A stretch of 30,537 nucleotides of DNA from Acidimicrobiia bacterium (GTDB taxonomy: Bacteria > Actinomycetota > Acidimicrobiia > Spongiisociales > Spongiisociaceae): NCBI GenBank assembly GCA_041576165.1, contig JBFGLM010000052.1, forward strand, positions 1 through 30,537. The letters are read 5' to 3'. The notes under the pieces were generated by a model. That model saw nothing but the letters and a program-made list of their open reading frames with translations. It was not told the origin of the DNA and did no database searches. The position numbers were made by a program, and so were the translations under genes. Below are positions 17,930 to 27,331 of this stretch, in pieces; position 1 is the stretch's first letter; every line of letters starts with the position of its first letter.

Positions 17930-18310
17930 TCAGAGCTGGATGAGTTCGACTCGCACTCGGTCCGGCGTGTGCAGGAAAGCGATCGTCCTGCCGCTGGCGA
18001 GCCGTTCCGGGCTGGAGACAAGAGTGGCGCCCATACCGACGAGACGCGCGATGTCGGCGGTGATGTCGTCGCTCTGAAAGCCGATGTGCTCTAATCCGAA
18101 CCGGGAGTCCGGCTGTTCTGCTGCCAGTTGCTCATTCGGGCGGGGGCCCGAGATGAAGATGGGAACGCCGTTGTCGCTAACACATCGGACGAATCGATCT
18201 CCCTCGGATCGCACTTCGTCGCTCTCGACGCTGACACCGAGAGCCTGCGACCACCAGTCCGCTGACGCGCTCGGATCGGGGCTCTTGATGTGGACATGGT
18301 GGAATAGCAT
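17930..18310 (-). CDS. VOC/glyoxalase family protein
   Basis: FHHVHI, GLEHIGF, AFLHTPDRVRVELIQ. GGAG RBS. Confidence 0.88.
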   Translation of the reverse strand: MLFHHVHIKSPDPSASADWWSQALGVSVESDEVRSEGDRFVRCVSDNGVPIFISGPRPNEQLAAEQPDSRFGLEHIGFQSDDITADIARLVGMGATLVSSPERLASGRTIAFLHTPDRVRVELIQL

Positions 18311-18411
18311 GTTGACTCCGGTTCGCTCGACATTGAGAGTATCGCCTCGTTCGAGACCGCGATCGAGTGGCGGACAAACGTATACGATCGGGCTGAAGGA
18401 AGGCCGGGACG

Positions 18412-19458
18412 TTGATCCACCTCGACACCGATGATCCGATCGAAGCTTGCTTCGAACGCGACTGGACCGACGGGCTTCCGGTCGTTCCTCCGACGCCCGA
18501 TCGGGTCGAACGCATGCTGGGTTCTGCGGTCGACCGCGCAGGAGAGATTGTCGCCGTGCTGCCCCCCGGCGGGGGAGAGGCCACGCTCGAAAGGATCGCC
18601 GCGAACGCCGTCATGGCAGGATGCCGTCCCGAAGCGTTTCCCGTAGTCGAGGCGGCTGTCCGCGCCATCGCCGATCCCGCCTTCCAGCTAGAACGAGTCC
18701 TCACGACTCTCCACTCGCGCAGTCCCATGGTGGTGGTGAGCGGTCCGGTGGCGGGGGCGCTTGGCATGAATGGCGGGTTCTCGGCGCTAGGGGCCGGCAA
18801 TCGCGCCAACGCCACGATCGGCAGGGCGGTGAACCTGGTGTGCCGTTCCATCGCCGGAGCTCGGCCGGGCGGCCTCAACCCGGCAACCCTGGGACATCCC
18901 GGATCGTTCACGTTCTGCTTGACCGAGAACGTGGCCGATTCGCCTTGGCCGCCGATCCATACCAGCTTCGGCTTTGACAGGAGTGAGTCGGTCGTATCGG
19001 TGTACGCAGCGGATGCCCCGGTCTGCATTGCCGAGGTGGCCCGCCTCGAGTCGGCGGTGCTCCTCGAGTTGCTGGCGGCTGCCGTGGCGCTGCCGGGAAC
19101 GTACAACGCGTTGCACCGTCAGGACCTTTGGCTGGTGTTGTCGCCGACGCACGCCTCGGTTCTGGACGGCGCCGGCATCGATCGGGAATCGCTGGCACGG
19201 CATCTCCACGAGCAAGCCAGGATCCCGGCGCATCTGGTACCCGCAGAGCGCATCGCCGGAGGGGAGCTGTTCGAGGGTACGCCATCTGCGATCACGCTGG
19301 CTGCCCTCGCCGAGGGGGCGGTGCCCGTGGTGGACGATCCGGCACGGGTGCGTGCCGCCGTGGCGGGCTCGCGGCTCGGCGGCTACACGGCAGTGATCTT
19401 CGGGTCGGGAGTCACCGTGAGCGTTGCAGTGCCGGCGGCGGGAGGGAGCGGAGGGTGA
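18412..19458 (+). CDS. Conserved uncharacterised protein (DGLPVVPPT family), partner of UGSC-family (seleno)proteins
   Basis: WTDGLPVVPPT..RV..ML, IAANAVMAGC.P, GNRANATIGRA, ATLGHPG, EN...SPW. Its stop overlaps the next start (GTGA). Confidence 0.8.
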   Translation: MIHLDTDDPIEACFERDWTDGLPVVPPTPDRVERMLGSAVDRAGEIVAVLPPGGGEATLERIAANAVMAGCRPEAFPVVEAAVRAIADPAFQLERVLTTLHSRSPMVVVSGPVAGALGMNGGFSALGAGNRANATIGRAVNLVCRSIAGARPGGLNPATLGHPGSFTFCLTENVADSPWPPIHTSFGFDRSESVVSVYAADAPVCIAEVARLESAVLLELLAAAVALPGTYNALHRQDLWLVLSPTHASVLDGAGIDRESLARHLHEQARIPAHLVPAERIAGGELFEGTPSAITLAALAEGAVPVVDDPARVRAAVAGSRLGGYTAVIFGSGVTVSVAVPAAGGSGG

Positions 19459-20039
19459 ATCGCATCGTGCTCGTCGATCCGGTAGCGGCTGCGGCTATGG
19501 CCCCGTCGCCCGAGGAGGCTCTCCGCCCAGTGGGTCCGGGTCCGGTCGCCCTGGCCGACGCGATGCTGAACCCATCAGCGGAGTGGGGGGATGGAATCCT
19601 CGACGCTGTCGATTACTCAATCCGTCGGGGGGATCGATCGATCCGGACAGAACGTGTGCGCCGGAGCCATGGGGTCGACTCCCCGGGTCCCGAAGCCTGG
19701 GCTTCGGCGATGGCCGCCGTCTACAGGGCGATCGTGATCGCGGCAGGCGACTGAGGCACCTGCTCGTCGCGCAGTGTGCGCGACGTCGCATCCGCCCGTC
19801 GCCTGGGTGTCCCGGCGGTGGCGATCCTCACCGCCGAGCTGGAGAGACTCGCCGTCGACACTGCTCGGGCGACGGGGATCGATCCGATCGAATGCACCGT
19901 TACCGTGGGCACTCCGTTGTTCGGGTTGTCGCGGTCTGCCGTCGCCAGCCAGGCGTCGATCGCCGCCGACGCCGCGGCTGTGCGACTCGGCGTCGCCCAA
20001 CCCGCCGACCACAAGCCGGATGAGTCTCGACGCGTTTGA
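19455..20039 (+). CDS. UGSC-family selenoprotein (U-G-T-C variant), Sec at codon 100, 194 aa
   Basis: The 3' part of ORF 19128-19754 and ORF 19776-20039 are one frame split by TGA at 19752-19754: AIVIAAGD-U-GTC-SSRSVRDVASARRLGVPAVAI. GTG 19455 has a GGAG-rich RBS. A hairpin follows the UGA. Confidence 0.85.
19765..19785 (+). promoter_or_regulatory. Candidate bacterial SECIS element
   Basis: CGTCGCGCA-GTG-TGCGCGACG: perfect 9-bp stem starting 10 nt after the UGA, apical loop beginning GU about 20 nt from the UGA. Confidence 0.75.
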
Positions 20040-20062
20040 CGCTGTGACTCGCTCAACGGTAT

Positions 20063-20099
20063 GTTCGATTAGCAGCGAACGGGCAAGCGTTCGTATCGT
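20063..20099 (+). promoter_or_regulatory. Candidate operator GTTCG-N8-CGAAC-N8-GTTCG abutting a TATCGT -10-like hexamer upstream of the ABC operon
   Basis: Half-sites at 20063-67, 20076-80 and 20089-93; TATCGT at 20094-99. Confidence 0.35.
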
Positions 20100-20148
20100 G
20101 GACATCTGTCTCGGCCGCTTTGAACATGATCTAATCGAGGGAGGACAC

Positions 20149-21945
20149 GTGCACCCGAAACGCCCCCGCCATCTATCGCGCCCATCGCGCAGTCTGCGAC
20201 ACCTGTCGGTGATCCTGTTGGGTCTCGCTCTCGTGGCCTCCGCTTGCAGCGACGACGCCGACGACACGACGACCACCAGCGCAGCCGCGACCACCACCGC
20301 TGCACCGGCTGGGGACGATACGACCACTACGGCTGCACCCGGTGGTGACGATACGACCACCACCGCTGCACCCCCGGCCGAGGGCGCCACATTTGTGATG
20401 GCGGTGCCCGGCCTACCGACTAGTTTCGACAACCAGGCGAATCCCCAGGGGGATCCGCAACGTTGGACTCACTACGAACTGGCCTCGAACCTGGTTCTGT
20501 ACGACGCACAGGTGGCGGGATTGGCCGATGACGGCTGTACCGCACTGGCCGGCGTCGACGCCATCCGCGGCGAGCTGGCCGAGTCGTGGGAGTGGAACGA
20601 TGACCGGACCGAGCTCACCTTCTTCCTTCGTCAAGGCGTCCTGAGCCCAGATGGGAACGAGATGACCTCCGAGGACGTCAAGTGGAGCCTTGACCGCGGT
20701 CTGGCCGAGGGCCGGGTCGTCCGGTTCCTGGCTTACCGGGCATCACACTTCGTGGGTCCTGACGAGGGTGACCCGGTGATCCCGGGTGACAGTCCGTACG
20801 AGATTGTCGACGACTACACGATCAAAGTGAATATCGCCGACCCGACGGCGATCGACGCGGCGTTGTTCACATACCACCAATTCCAGATCTGGGATACGAC
20901 CGCGTTGGAGCCGCACATCACGGCCGAGGATCCCTGGGCCAAGGAGTTCATCGAGCTCAACTTCCCGAACTTCGGGCCGTGGATGATCGAGAGCTTCGAT
21001 CCCGGCAACGAGGTCGTATACGTACGTAATCCGAACTACTGGAACAACGACGGTATCGGAAACGTTGACCGCTTCATCCTCCGGGCGATTCCCGAGGCCT
21101 CGACTCGATTCCAGCTGCTGCAGTCGGGCGACGTCGACTACGTCAACCGACTCCAGTTCGACCAGTACCTGGCGCTCCAGGACGATCCGAACGTCACGGT
21201 GAAGTCGTGCCAATCACCCAACCGTGAGCCTCTCGTGCTCAACCTGAACGACGAGCGATTCGCCGATGTCCGGGTCCGCCAGGCCGTGTCGAAGGCAATC
21301 GACCGCGAAACGCTCGTTGCCGGCGCCTATCTCAACTTCGCCGCCATTCCGTCCACGACAGGGCTCTCTGCGGTTTACGACATCGGTAGTCCGGAGCTGG
21401 TGTACGAGTACGATCCAGACGAAGCGCGGCAACTGCTGGCCGATGCCGGCTATCCGAACGGCTTCGATGTGACTCTGACGTACAGCACGACGCGACCCGG
21501 CGCGCACGTGGAGCAGGCGTCGATCCTCGTACAAAACATGTTGCGCGACGTCGGCATCAACACCACCTTTGATGTGGTGGCTTCGGGGAGCGATTTCAGG
21601 CAGCAGTTCACCGAGGGTAGGTATGCCGCGATGATGTACCTGGAGCCCCCAGCGATTGCCGACCCCTATTACTCGGGGAACCTGTATAACCAATCGCAGT
21701 CGAACAACAACTCTCACGACTACGAGAGCAGTCAGTACGACACGCTCATCAAGCAGATCGAGCAGACCCCGCCCGGCCCCGACCGCGAAGCGCTCCTAGA
21801 GGAGCTTTCCGACCTGATCGTCACGGACATCCCCATGGTGTATATGGTCGAACCGACCTACCTGCATGCGTTCCGATCGAACATCACGAACTACATTGCA
21901 CCGGCCCACGGCGAGGTGATGGTGTTCAACCTGATCAAGCAGTGA
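20149..21945 (+). CDS. ABC transporter substrate-binding lipoprotein, family 5 (DppA/OppA/NikA-like)
   Basis: GGAGG RBS + GTG, lipobox ASAC, Thr-rich linker, ELAESWE..TFFLRQGV..DG..MTSEDVKWS, GPWMIESF, RNPNYW, DVRVRQAVSKAIDR, YDPDEARQLLADAG. Confidence 0.93.
   Translation: MHPKRPRHLSRPSRSLRHLSVILLGLALVASACSDDADDTTTTSAAATTTAAPAGDDTTTTAAPGGDDTTTTAAPPAEGATFVMAVPGLPTSFDNQANPQGDPQRWTHYELASNLVLYDAQVAGLADDGCTALAGVDAIRGELAESWEWNDDRTELTFFLRQGVLSPDGNEMTSEDVKWSLDRGLAEGRVVRFLAYRASHFVGPDEGDPVIPGDSPYEIVDDYTIKVNIADPTAIDAALFTYHQFQIWDTTALEPHITAEDPWAKEFIELNFPNFGPWMIESFDPGNEVVYVRNPNYWNNDGIGNVDRFILRAIPEASTRFQLLQSGDVDYVNRLQFDQYLALQDDPNVTVKSCQSPNREPLVLNLNDERFADVRVRQAVSKAIDRETLVAGAYLNFAAIPSTTGLSAVYDIGSPELVYEYDPDEARQLLADAGYPNGFDVTLTYSTTRPGAHVEQASILVQNMLRDVGINTTFDVVASGSDFRQQFTEGRYAAMMYLEPPAIADPYYSGNLYNQSQSNNNSHDYESSQYDTLIKQIEQTPPGPDREALLEELSDLIVTDIPMVYMVEPTYLHAFRSNITNYIAPAHGEVMVFNLIKQ
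20299..20373 (+). repeat. Intragenic 33-nt imperfect tandem repeat (AAP[A/G]GDDTTTT x2 + AAP), flexible linker
   Basis: Units at 20299-20331 and 20332-20364, partial unit at 20365-20373. Confidence 0.8.
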
Positions 21946-21964
21946 TCGACGGCGGAATACCCGT

Positions 21965-21992
21965 TCCGGCCGGGGCCGACACCCCGGCCGGA
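21965..21992 (+). terminator. GC-rich hairpin after the SBP gene (mRNA-stabilising or partial terminator)
   Basis: TCCGGCCGGGG-CCGACA-CCCCGGCCGGA, 11-bp perfect stem, no U-tract. Confidence 0.55.
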
Positions 21993-22093
21993 GCGATCCG
22001 CCTCTTCTGTCGATTGCGAGGCCTACGTGCGGGACCCGTACGCGCCATCTACGCTCAGCCTCTAGACGGCCGAGGGATCGGGACTCACACGGA

Positions 22094-23116
22094 ATGAAGC
22101 GATTCACGGGGTTCCTAGCGAAGCGGATCGTGATGATCCCGGTCTCGCTGTTCATCGTGATCACGCTCTCGTTCGGCATCATCGAGCTGCTGCCCGGGGA
22201 CCCTGCGGTGGCTATTCTCGGCGAGTTCGCCACCGAGGAAAGCCTGCAGCAGGTCAGAGAAGAGCTCGAGCTCGACGAGGCCGTTTGGGTTCGATACGTC
22301 CACTACCTCGGTCGAGTTGTGCAGGGCGATCTGGGGACGTCGTTCTTCTCGGGACGCGAGATCACCTCAGAGATAGCCCGCTTCCTGCCCAACACGATCG
22401 AGCTGCTCGTGGTCGGGCTCATACTGGCGAGCGTCATCGGGATCCTCGTTGGCACAGTGGGGGCCTACTTTCGGGGGCGGCTGCCGGACCGCTTCGCCCG
22501 CCTCACCATCACAGTGTTCCAGTCGACCCCACCGTTCTTGCTCGCACTGCTCCTCATCTACTTCATGTTCTACTTATGGGGGTGGGCGCCGCCCCCGGTC
22601 GGCCGACTCCCGCTCACCGAAACCGGGGTCGGCGGCGCCGGCGGTGGGGGTTGGCTGCTTTTCAGCAGCCTGTTCAGCGGCAACTGGTCCCGGTTTGTAA
22701 CCGTGCTGCACCACATGCTGATGCCGGCGATCACCCTCGGCTTTGTCTATGCCGCTTACTTGGGGAAGACGACGCGTAACACCATGGCCCAGGCACTTGT
22801 GTCTGCTCAGGTCGAGTTCGCCCGAGCCTCCGGACTGCCGGAGCGGAAGGTCATCCGATACGCCTTCTTGCAGGCGCGGACGCCCATCCTCACCTACGGC
22901 CTCATCCTCTTTGGGGCTTTGGTCGGAGGAGCGGCGATCGTGGAGATCGTGTTCTCCTGGAGGGGCGTTGGCGAGTGGGCGTTGCGGGCCATGCTGGACG
23001 TGGACGCGCCTGCGATCCAAGGGTTCATCATCATCACCGGGATCATCACCCTGACGGTCTATCTGGTACTCGACTTGATAGTGCTCTTCCTCGACCCCCG
23101 GGTGACCTATGACTGA
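22094..23116 (+). CDS. ABC permease, DppB/OppB-like
   Basis: LLPGDPA, QGDLGTS, LPNTIEL, EAA-like FARASGL, IVEIVFSWRGVG, LDPRV. Confidence 0.93.
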   Translation: MKRFTGFLAKRIVMIPVSLFIVITLSFGIIELLPGDPAVAILGEFATEESLQQVREELELDEAVWVRYVHYLGRVVQGDLGTSFFSGREITSEIARFLPNTIELLVVGLILASVIGILVGTVGAYFRGRLPDRFARLTITVFQSTPPFLLALLLIYFMFYLWGWAPPPVGRLPLTETGVGGAGGGGWLLFSSLFSGNWSRFVTVLHHMLMPAITLGFVYAAYLGKTTRNTMAQALVSAQVEFARASGLPERKVIRYAFLQARTPILTYGLILFGALVGGAAIVEIVFSWRGVGEWALRAMLDVDAPAIQGFIIITGIITLTVYLVLDLIVLFLDPRVTYD

Positions 23117-23987
23117 TACCGAGACCACGGCCACCCTTGCTTCTCCCGGACCCCAAATCGGTGGGTTGCGGGCTACCTGGGATCGGTTGCGTCGCTACCC
23201 GGGCATCCTGGTGGGCGGATTCATCATCGTCGGTTTGGTGCTGGCCGGGTTCTTCGCCCCACTCCCGTACGACCCGATCGAACCCAACGTGTTCGAGATC
23301 CTGCAGGCCCCGTCCGCCGCCCACTGGTTCGGCACAGACGTCATCGGCTTCGACATCTTCTCGCGGACCATCGATGCCGCCCAGCGGGACATTCCGCTTG
23401 CTCTGATAGGCGCCCTTGTGTCCCTTGTCGTCGGTGTCCCTCTCGGCCTGGTGGCGAGCGCCAAGGGCAAGGCCGGAGAGCGCATCATGCGGGCCTTGGA
23501 CGTGTTCCAAGCGTTCCCCCTCATAGTGCTGTCGGTCGCGCTGGTGACCGTCACCGGCAATGAGCTTCGCAATGTTGTTTTCGCCATCCTCATCATCAAC
23601 GTGCCGCGCTTCATGCGACTGGTTCGCAGCGAAGCGCTGTCGCTGCGAGAGAGCCGTTTCATGGAGGCTGCAGAGGCAGTGGGCTGTTCTCGCACCCGAA
23701 TGATGTTTCGCCACATGCTGCCCAACGTCGTTGGCATCACCATGGTGCAGACCTCGTTGGCGACGGCCCACGCACTGATCGTTATCGCATCGCTCAGTTT
23801 CCTCGGTATCGGGGTCACGCCACCCGATGCGTCATGGGGCGCCATGATCCAAGCAGGGGCCCGCCAGATGGCCACCGGCGAATGGTGGGTAGTCACCTTC
23901 CCCGGGCTAGGGGTGCTGCTGGCTGTTGCCAGCTTCAACATGGTGGCCGACTCACTCGACGCTTTCTTCGACCGGAGCGGTAGATGA
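23109..23987 (+). CDS. ABC permease, DppC/OppC-like
   Basis: HWFGTD..G.DIFSR, FMEAAEAVG, RHMLPN, LSFLGIG..PP.ASWG. Confidence 0.93.
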   Translation: MTDTETTATLASPGPQIGGLRATWDRLRRYPGILVGGFIIVGLVLAGFFAPLPYDPIEPNVFEILQAPSAAHWFGTDVIGFDIFSRTIDAAQRDIPLALIGALVSLVVGVPLGLVASAKGKAGERIMRALDVFQAFPLIVLSVALVTVTGNELRNVVFAILIINVPRFMRLVRSEALSLRESRFMEAAEAVGCSRTRMMFRHMLPNVVGITMVQTSLATAHALIVIASLSFLGIGVTPPDASWGAMIQAGARQMATGEWWVVTFPGLGVLLAVASFNMVADSLDAFFDRSGR

Positions 23988-25012
23988 CGGCCCAGCATGA
24001 CGGACGTTCCGCCGCGACCGACGCCCCAGCCTTGCGGGTGGCCGGATTGACGACGGAATTCGTCACTAGGCGCGGCGTGGTGCACGCGGTCAACGACGTC
24101 TCGTTCACTGTCGGGCGGGGCGATATCGTCGGCATTGTGGGCGAGAGCGGTTGTGGCAAGTCGGCTACTGTTCGCTCGATCATGGGCCTAATCCGCTCGC
24201 CGGGGCGAGTGGTCGGTGGCTCAGCCGAGATGGGCGATCACGACCTGCTGCAGCTGTCACGGCGAGACCTTCGCAAGATCCGAGGAGCTCAGATCGGCTT
24301 TGTTGCCCAGAATCCCTTCGGATCGCTCAACCCGATTCTGAACATCCGCCGCCAGTTCCACAACGTTGTCAACTCGCATCGATCGGCGAGCCGCGAAGAG
24401 ACCTACGAGTTGGGACTATCGATGCTCCGTTCGGTCGGCATCGCGGGTCCCGAGCGGGTCCTCGACGGCTACGCTCACGAGCTCTCGGGCGGGATGGCGC
24501 AGCGGGTGGTGATCGCCCTCGCACTCTCACTGGATCCCGCCTTGGTGATCGCCGACGAGCCGACGACAGCACTCGACGTTACGGTGCAGCGGCAGATCCT
24601 GGACCTGATCAGCGGCTTGGTCAAGCAGGATGATCGGTCGATGCTGCTGGTGACTCATGACCTCGGTGTTGTGGCCCAGTACTGCGACCAGGTGGTGGTG
24701 ATGTATGCAGGGAAGGTGGTGGAGGCGGGTCCCGTTGCAGAGGTGTTCACCCGCCCGCTGATGCCTTATACGCTCGACCTGCTCGAAGCGATTCCGCGCC
24801 GAGGTGCGTCTCTGCGCAATCTGCGGGGCCGGGTTCCCGATCTCATCAACTATCCCACCGGGTGTCCCTACAAAACCCGGTGTCGGTTCGCGTTCGACCG
24901 CTGCCTCGACGAGGTACCTGCTCTCCGGCCTATCGGGGACGGGCGGGCGGTGGCCTGTCACCTAAACGTTCACGAGGAGGTGCCGGAGCTTGCCTCCATT
25001 GGTTCGGGTTGA
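23984..25012 (+). CDS. ABC ATPase, DppD/OppD-like
   Basis: GESGCGKS, LSGGMAQR, IADEPTTALD, THDL, C-terminal GCP..RC..C...C. Confidence 0.95.
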   Translation: MTAQHDGRSAATDAPALRVAGLTTEFVTRRGVVHAVNDVSFTVGRGDIVGIVGESGCGKSATVRSIMGLIRSPGRVVGGSAEMGDHDLLQLSRRDLRKIRGAQIGFVAQNPFGSLNPILNIRRQFHNVVNSHRSASREETYELGLSMLRSVGIAGPERVLDGYAHELSGGMAQRVVIALALSLDPALVIADEPTTALDVTVQRQILDLISGLVKQDDRSMLLVTHDLGVVAQYCDQVVVMYAGKVVEAGPVAEVFTRPLMPYTLDLLEAIPRRGASLRNLRGRVPDLINYPTGCPYKTRCRFAFDRCLDEVPALRPIGDGRAVACHLNVHEEVPELASIGSG

Positions 25013-26048
25013 AGGCGTCGACAAGACGTTCCGCCGGGACGGTGGTCCGCCGGTGTATGCGGTCGACGAGGTGTCGTTCGAGATCTCTCCGGGCGAAACG
25101 CTGGCGTTGATCGGGGAGAGCGGCTCGGGCAAGTCCACCGTCGGACGTCTCGTGCTCGGGCTGATCGATCCCGATGCCGGCACCGTCGAGTTCGAAGGTC
25201 GCAACATCAACGGCATATCCAGCTCAGAGCTGCGGGCGACGCGATCACGAATGCAGGTTGTCTTCCAAGAGCCCTACGAGTCCTTGAACCCTCGCATGCG
25301 AATCGGTGCCATCGTCGAGGAGCCCCTCGTTGTCCACAACAAGACGCTGAGCAAGGGTGAACGCAGAGAGCGCGTGCTCGAGACGTTCGAGGCGGTCCAC
25401 CTCGACGCCGAGTTCGCCGACCGGTTCCCGGCGGCGCTTTCGGGAGGACAGCAGCAGCGAGTTGGTATCGCCCGCGCAGTAGTCACCCGACCGTCGTTCA
25501 TCGTGCTCGACGAGCCCACCTCATCGCTGGACCTGTCTGTTCGCGCCCAGATCCTGAATCTTCTTGGCGAACTCCAAAACGAGTTCAACCTCGCCTATCT
25601 GTTCATCTCACACGACATCTCCACCGTCGAGTACTTCAGCGACCGCGTTGCGGTGATGTACCGCGGCCAGATCGTTGAATCGGGCAACACCGATGACGTC
25701 ATAGACGACCCGCAGCATCCCTACACGGCGGCGCTATTGTCGGCCGCCCTGTCCGTCAATCCCACCGAGCACCAGGAGCACTTTCCGCTCGAGGGCAGCA
25801 TCCCCAGCAACACCGAGTTGGCCACGGGTTGCGTCCTGGCCGGTCGCTGCCCCATCGAGATCCCGGAGTGCTCACAGGAGCGGGTGCCACTCGAATCTAC
25901 TGCTACGGATCGTCGCGTCCGGTGCATCCGAGTTACCAGCGGTCCCCTCCAAGCGCGCCTGCCGATCGGGGCCTCCCCAGGACCGGACCGGGCGGCCGCG
26001 GAGTCGAACGCAGATCCAAAGAGCGGCGAGCCCGGTTCCGCGGAGTAA
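24990..26048 (+). CDS. ABC ATPase, DppF/OppF-like
   Basis: GESGSGKS, LSGGQQQR, LDEPTSSLD, SHD, HPYT, C-terminal Cys motif. Confidence 0.95.
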   Translation: MPPLVRVEGVDKTFRRDGGPPVYAVDEVSFEISPGETLALIGESGSGKSTVGRLVLGLIDPDAGTVEFEGRNINGISSSELRATRSRMQVVFQEPYESLNPRMRIGAIVEEPLVVHNKTLSKGERRERVLETFEAVHLDAEFADRFPAALSGGQQQRVGIARAVVTRPSFIVLDEPTSSLDLSVRAQILNLLGELQNEFNLAYLFISHDISTVEYFSDRVAVMYRGQIVESGNTDDVIDDPQHPYTAALLSAALSVNPTEHQEHFPLEGSIPSNTELATGCVLAGRCPIEIPECSQERVPLESTATDRRVRCIRVTSGPLQARLPIGASPGPDRAAAESNADPKSGEPGSAE

Positions 26049-26068
26049 TCCCCGAAGGAGGAACCTGA

Positions 26069-27331
26069 ATGAATCTCGTGATCACGGGAGCCGTCCTCAT
26101 CGATGGCACCGGAAGGGATCCGACAGAGAACGCCGTGGTGGTGGTCGAGGATGGGACGATCGTCGCAGCAGGTCCGGCCGACTCGATCGATCGGGCCGAC
26201 GGCAACTACCACGAGATCGATGCCGCGGGCGGATTCGTGCTCCCCGGGCTCTTCAACATGCACGAGCACCTCGCGTATCGGGAGATCGTCGGGCAGCCGT
26301 CCAAGATGATCGGCGACCGAATCCTCACTGCGACGACGGCAGTGCGCAATGCGCTGAACGGTCTGTCGCGCGGGTGGACGACAGTGTGCGATATGGCATC
26401 GCCCTATCGCGTCGCGGCCACCATGCGTGATCTCATTGCCGCCGGAGACGTGATCGGACCCCGGGTGATGGCGGCCGGGACACCAATTTCCGTCACGGGC
26501 GGGCACGCCACCGGGTCCGGCGTGTTGTGCAGGGAGGCCGACGGGCCGGACGCGGTGCGGGCGGCGGTCCGGGCCAACTTCCGGGATGGTGCCGACTTCG
26601 TGAAGGTGATGGCGAGCCATGACCCCTACTGCATGCCGGGCCACGAACAGACTCGGGCCGAGATGGGTCCCGATGAAATCCAGGCCGCCTTCAGCGAAGC
26701 CCGCCGCTGGGGGAAGCTCACCACCTCCCACGTGATGGGAACCGAGGCGATCGGGAACGTGCTCGATGCCGGAGTCGACATTCTGCACCACGGAACCTAT
26801 CTGGACGAGGCCCTCGCGGCGCGCATCGTGGAGGCCGGGGCTTTCTTCTGTCCCACGGCAAGTGCCTATCAGCGCCAGACGATGAACCCGCTCTTCGGGC
26901 GGGGCGGGGCGTGGGCCGATGCCCACGACGCCCTCGTCGCTCCCCACGCCGAGTCGCTTCGTATCGCCGTGGCCGGCGGGGTGAAGATCGTCATCGGCAC
27001 CGACAGCACCGGCTGGTACGCCGAGGACGTCGCCATGTTGCGGGAGGCGGGTATGAGCCCGATGGGCAGTCTGCTGGCCTGCACGTCGGTTCCTGCTTCG
27101 GCTCTGGGTCTCGGCACCCGACTCGGGACTGTGGAACCGGGCAAGATGGCGGATTTGGTGGTACTGGGATCCGATCCGCTGGCCGATTCCTACGCTCTCG
27201 ACCATGTTCAGATCGTTGTCGCCGGCGGGATTGTCCACGATCCGGCAAGCCTCCGCATCGAGACGGACCGGTCGACCCGGTTTGTAGATCACCGCCGTCA
27301 CTCGACGCCGACCCGAGAGGAACCGACATGA
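26069..27331 (+). CDS. Metal-dependent amidohydrolase (prolidase/imidazolonepropionase-like subgroup)
   Basis: PGLFNMHEH, TGGH, GADFVKV, SHVMG, HHG, GTDS, GTVEPGKMADLVV. AGGAGG RBS. Confidence 0.92.
   Translation: MNLVITGAVLIDGTGRDPTENAVVVVEDGTIVAAGPADSIDRADGNYHEIDAAGGFVLPGLFNMHEHLAYREIVGQPSKMIGDRILTATTAVRNALNGLSRGWTTVCDMASPYRVAATMRDLIAAGDVIGPRVMAAGTPISVTGGHATGSGVLCREADGPDAVRAAVRANFRDGADFVKVMASHDPYCMPGHEQTRAEMGPDEIQAAFSEARRWGKLTTSHVMGTEAIGNVLDAGVDILHHGTYLDEALAARIVEAGAFFCPTASAYQRQTMNPLFGRGGAWADAHDALVAPHAESLRIAVAGGVKIVIGTDSTGWYAEDVAMLREAGMSPMGSLLACTSVPASALGLGTRLGTVEPGKMADLVVLGSDPLADSYALDHVQIVVAGGIVHDPASLRIETDRSTRFVDHRRHSTPTREEPT

Noticed and set aside
19776-20039. Stand-alone 87-aa gene
   Set aside because: No RBS; it is the in-frame C-terminal half of the selenoprotein, and its start codon lies inside the SECIS hairpin.
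20076-20093. LexA (SOS) box
   Set aside because: The actinobacterial box is CGAAC-N4-GTTCG; the spacer here is N8.
20260-20375. CRISPR-like or mobile repeat
   Set aside because: In-frame Thr-rich linker repeats without spacers; no CRISPR array or cas gene seen in the window.
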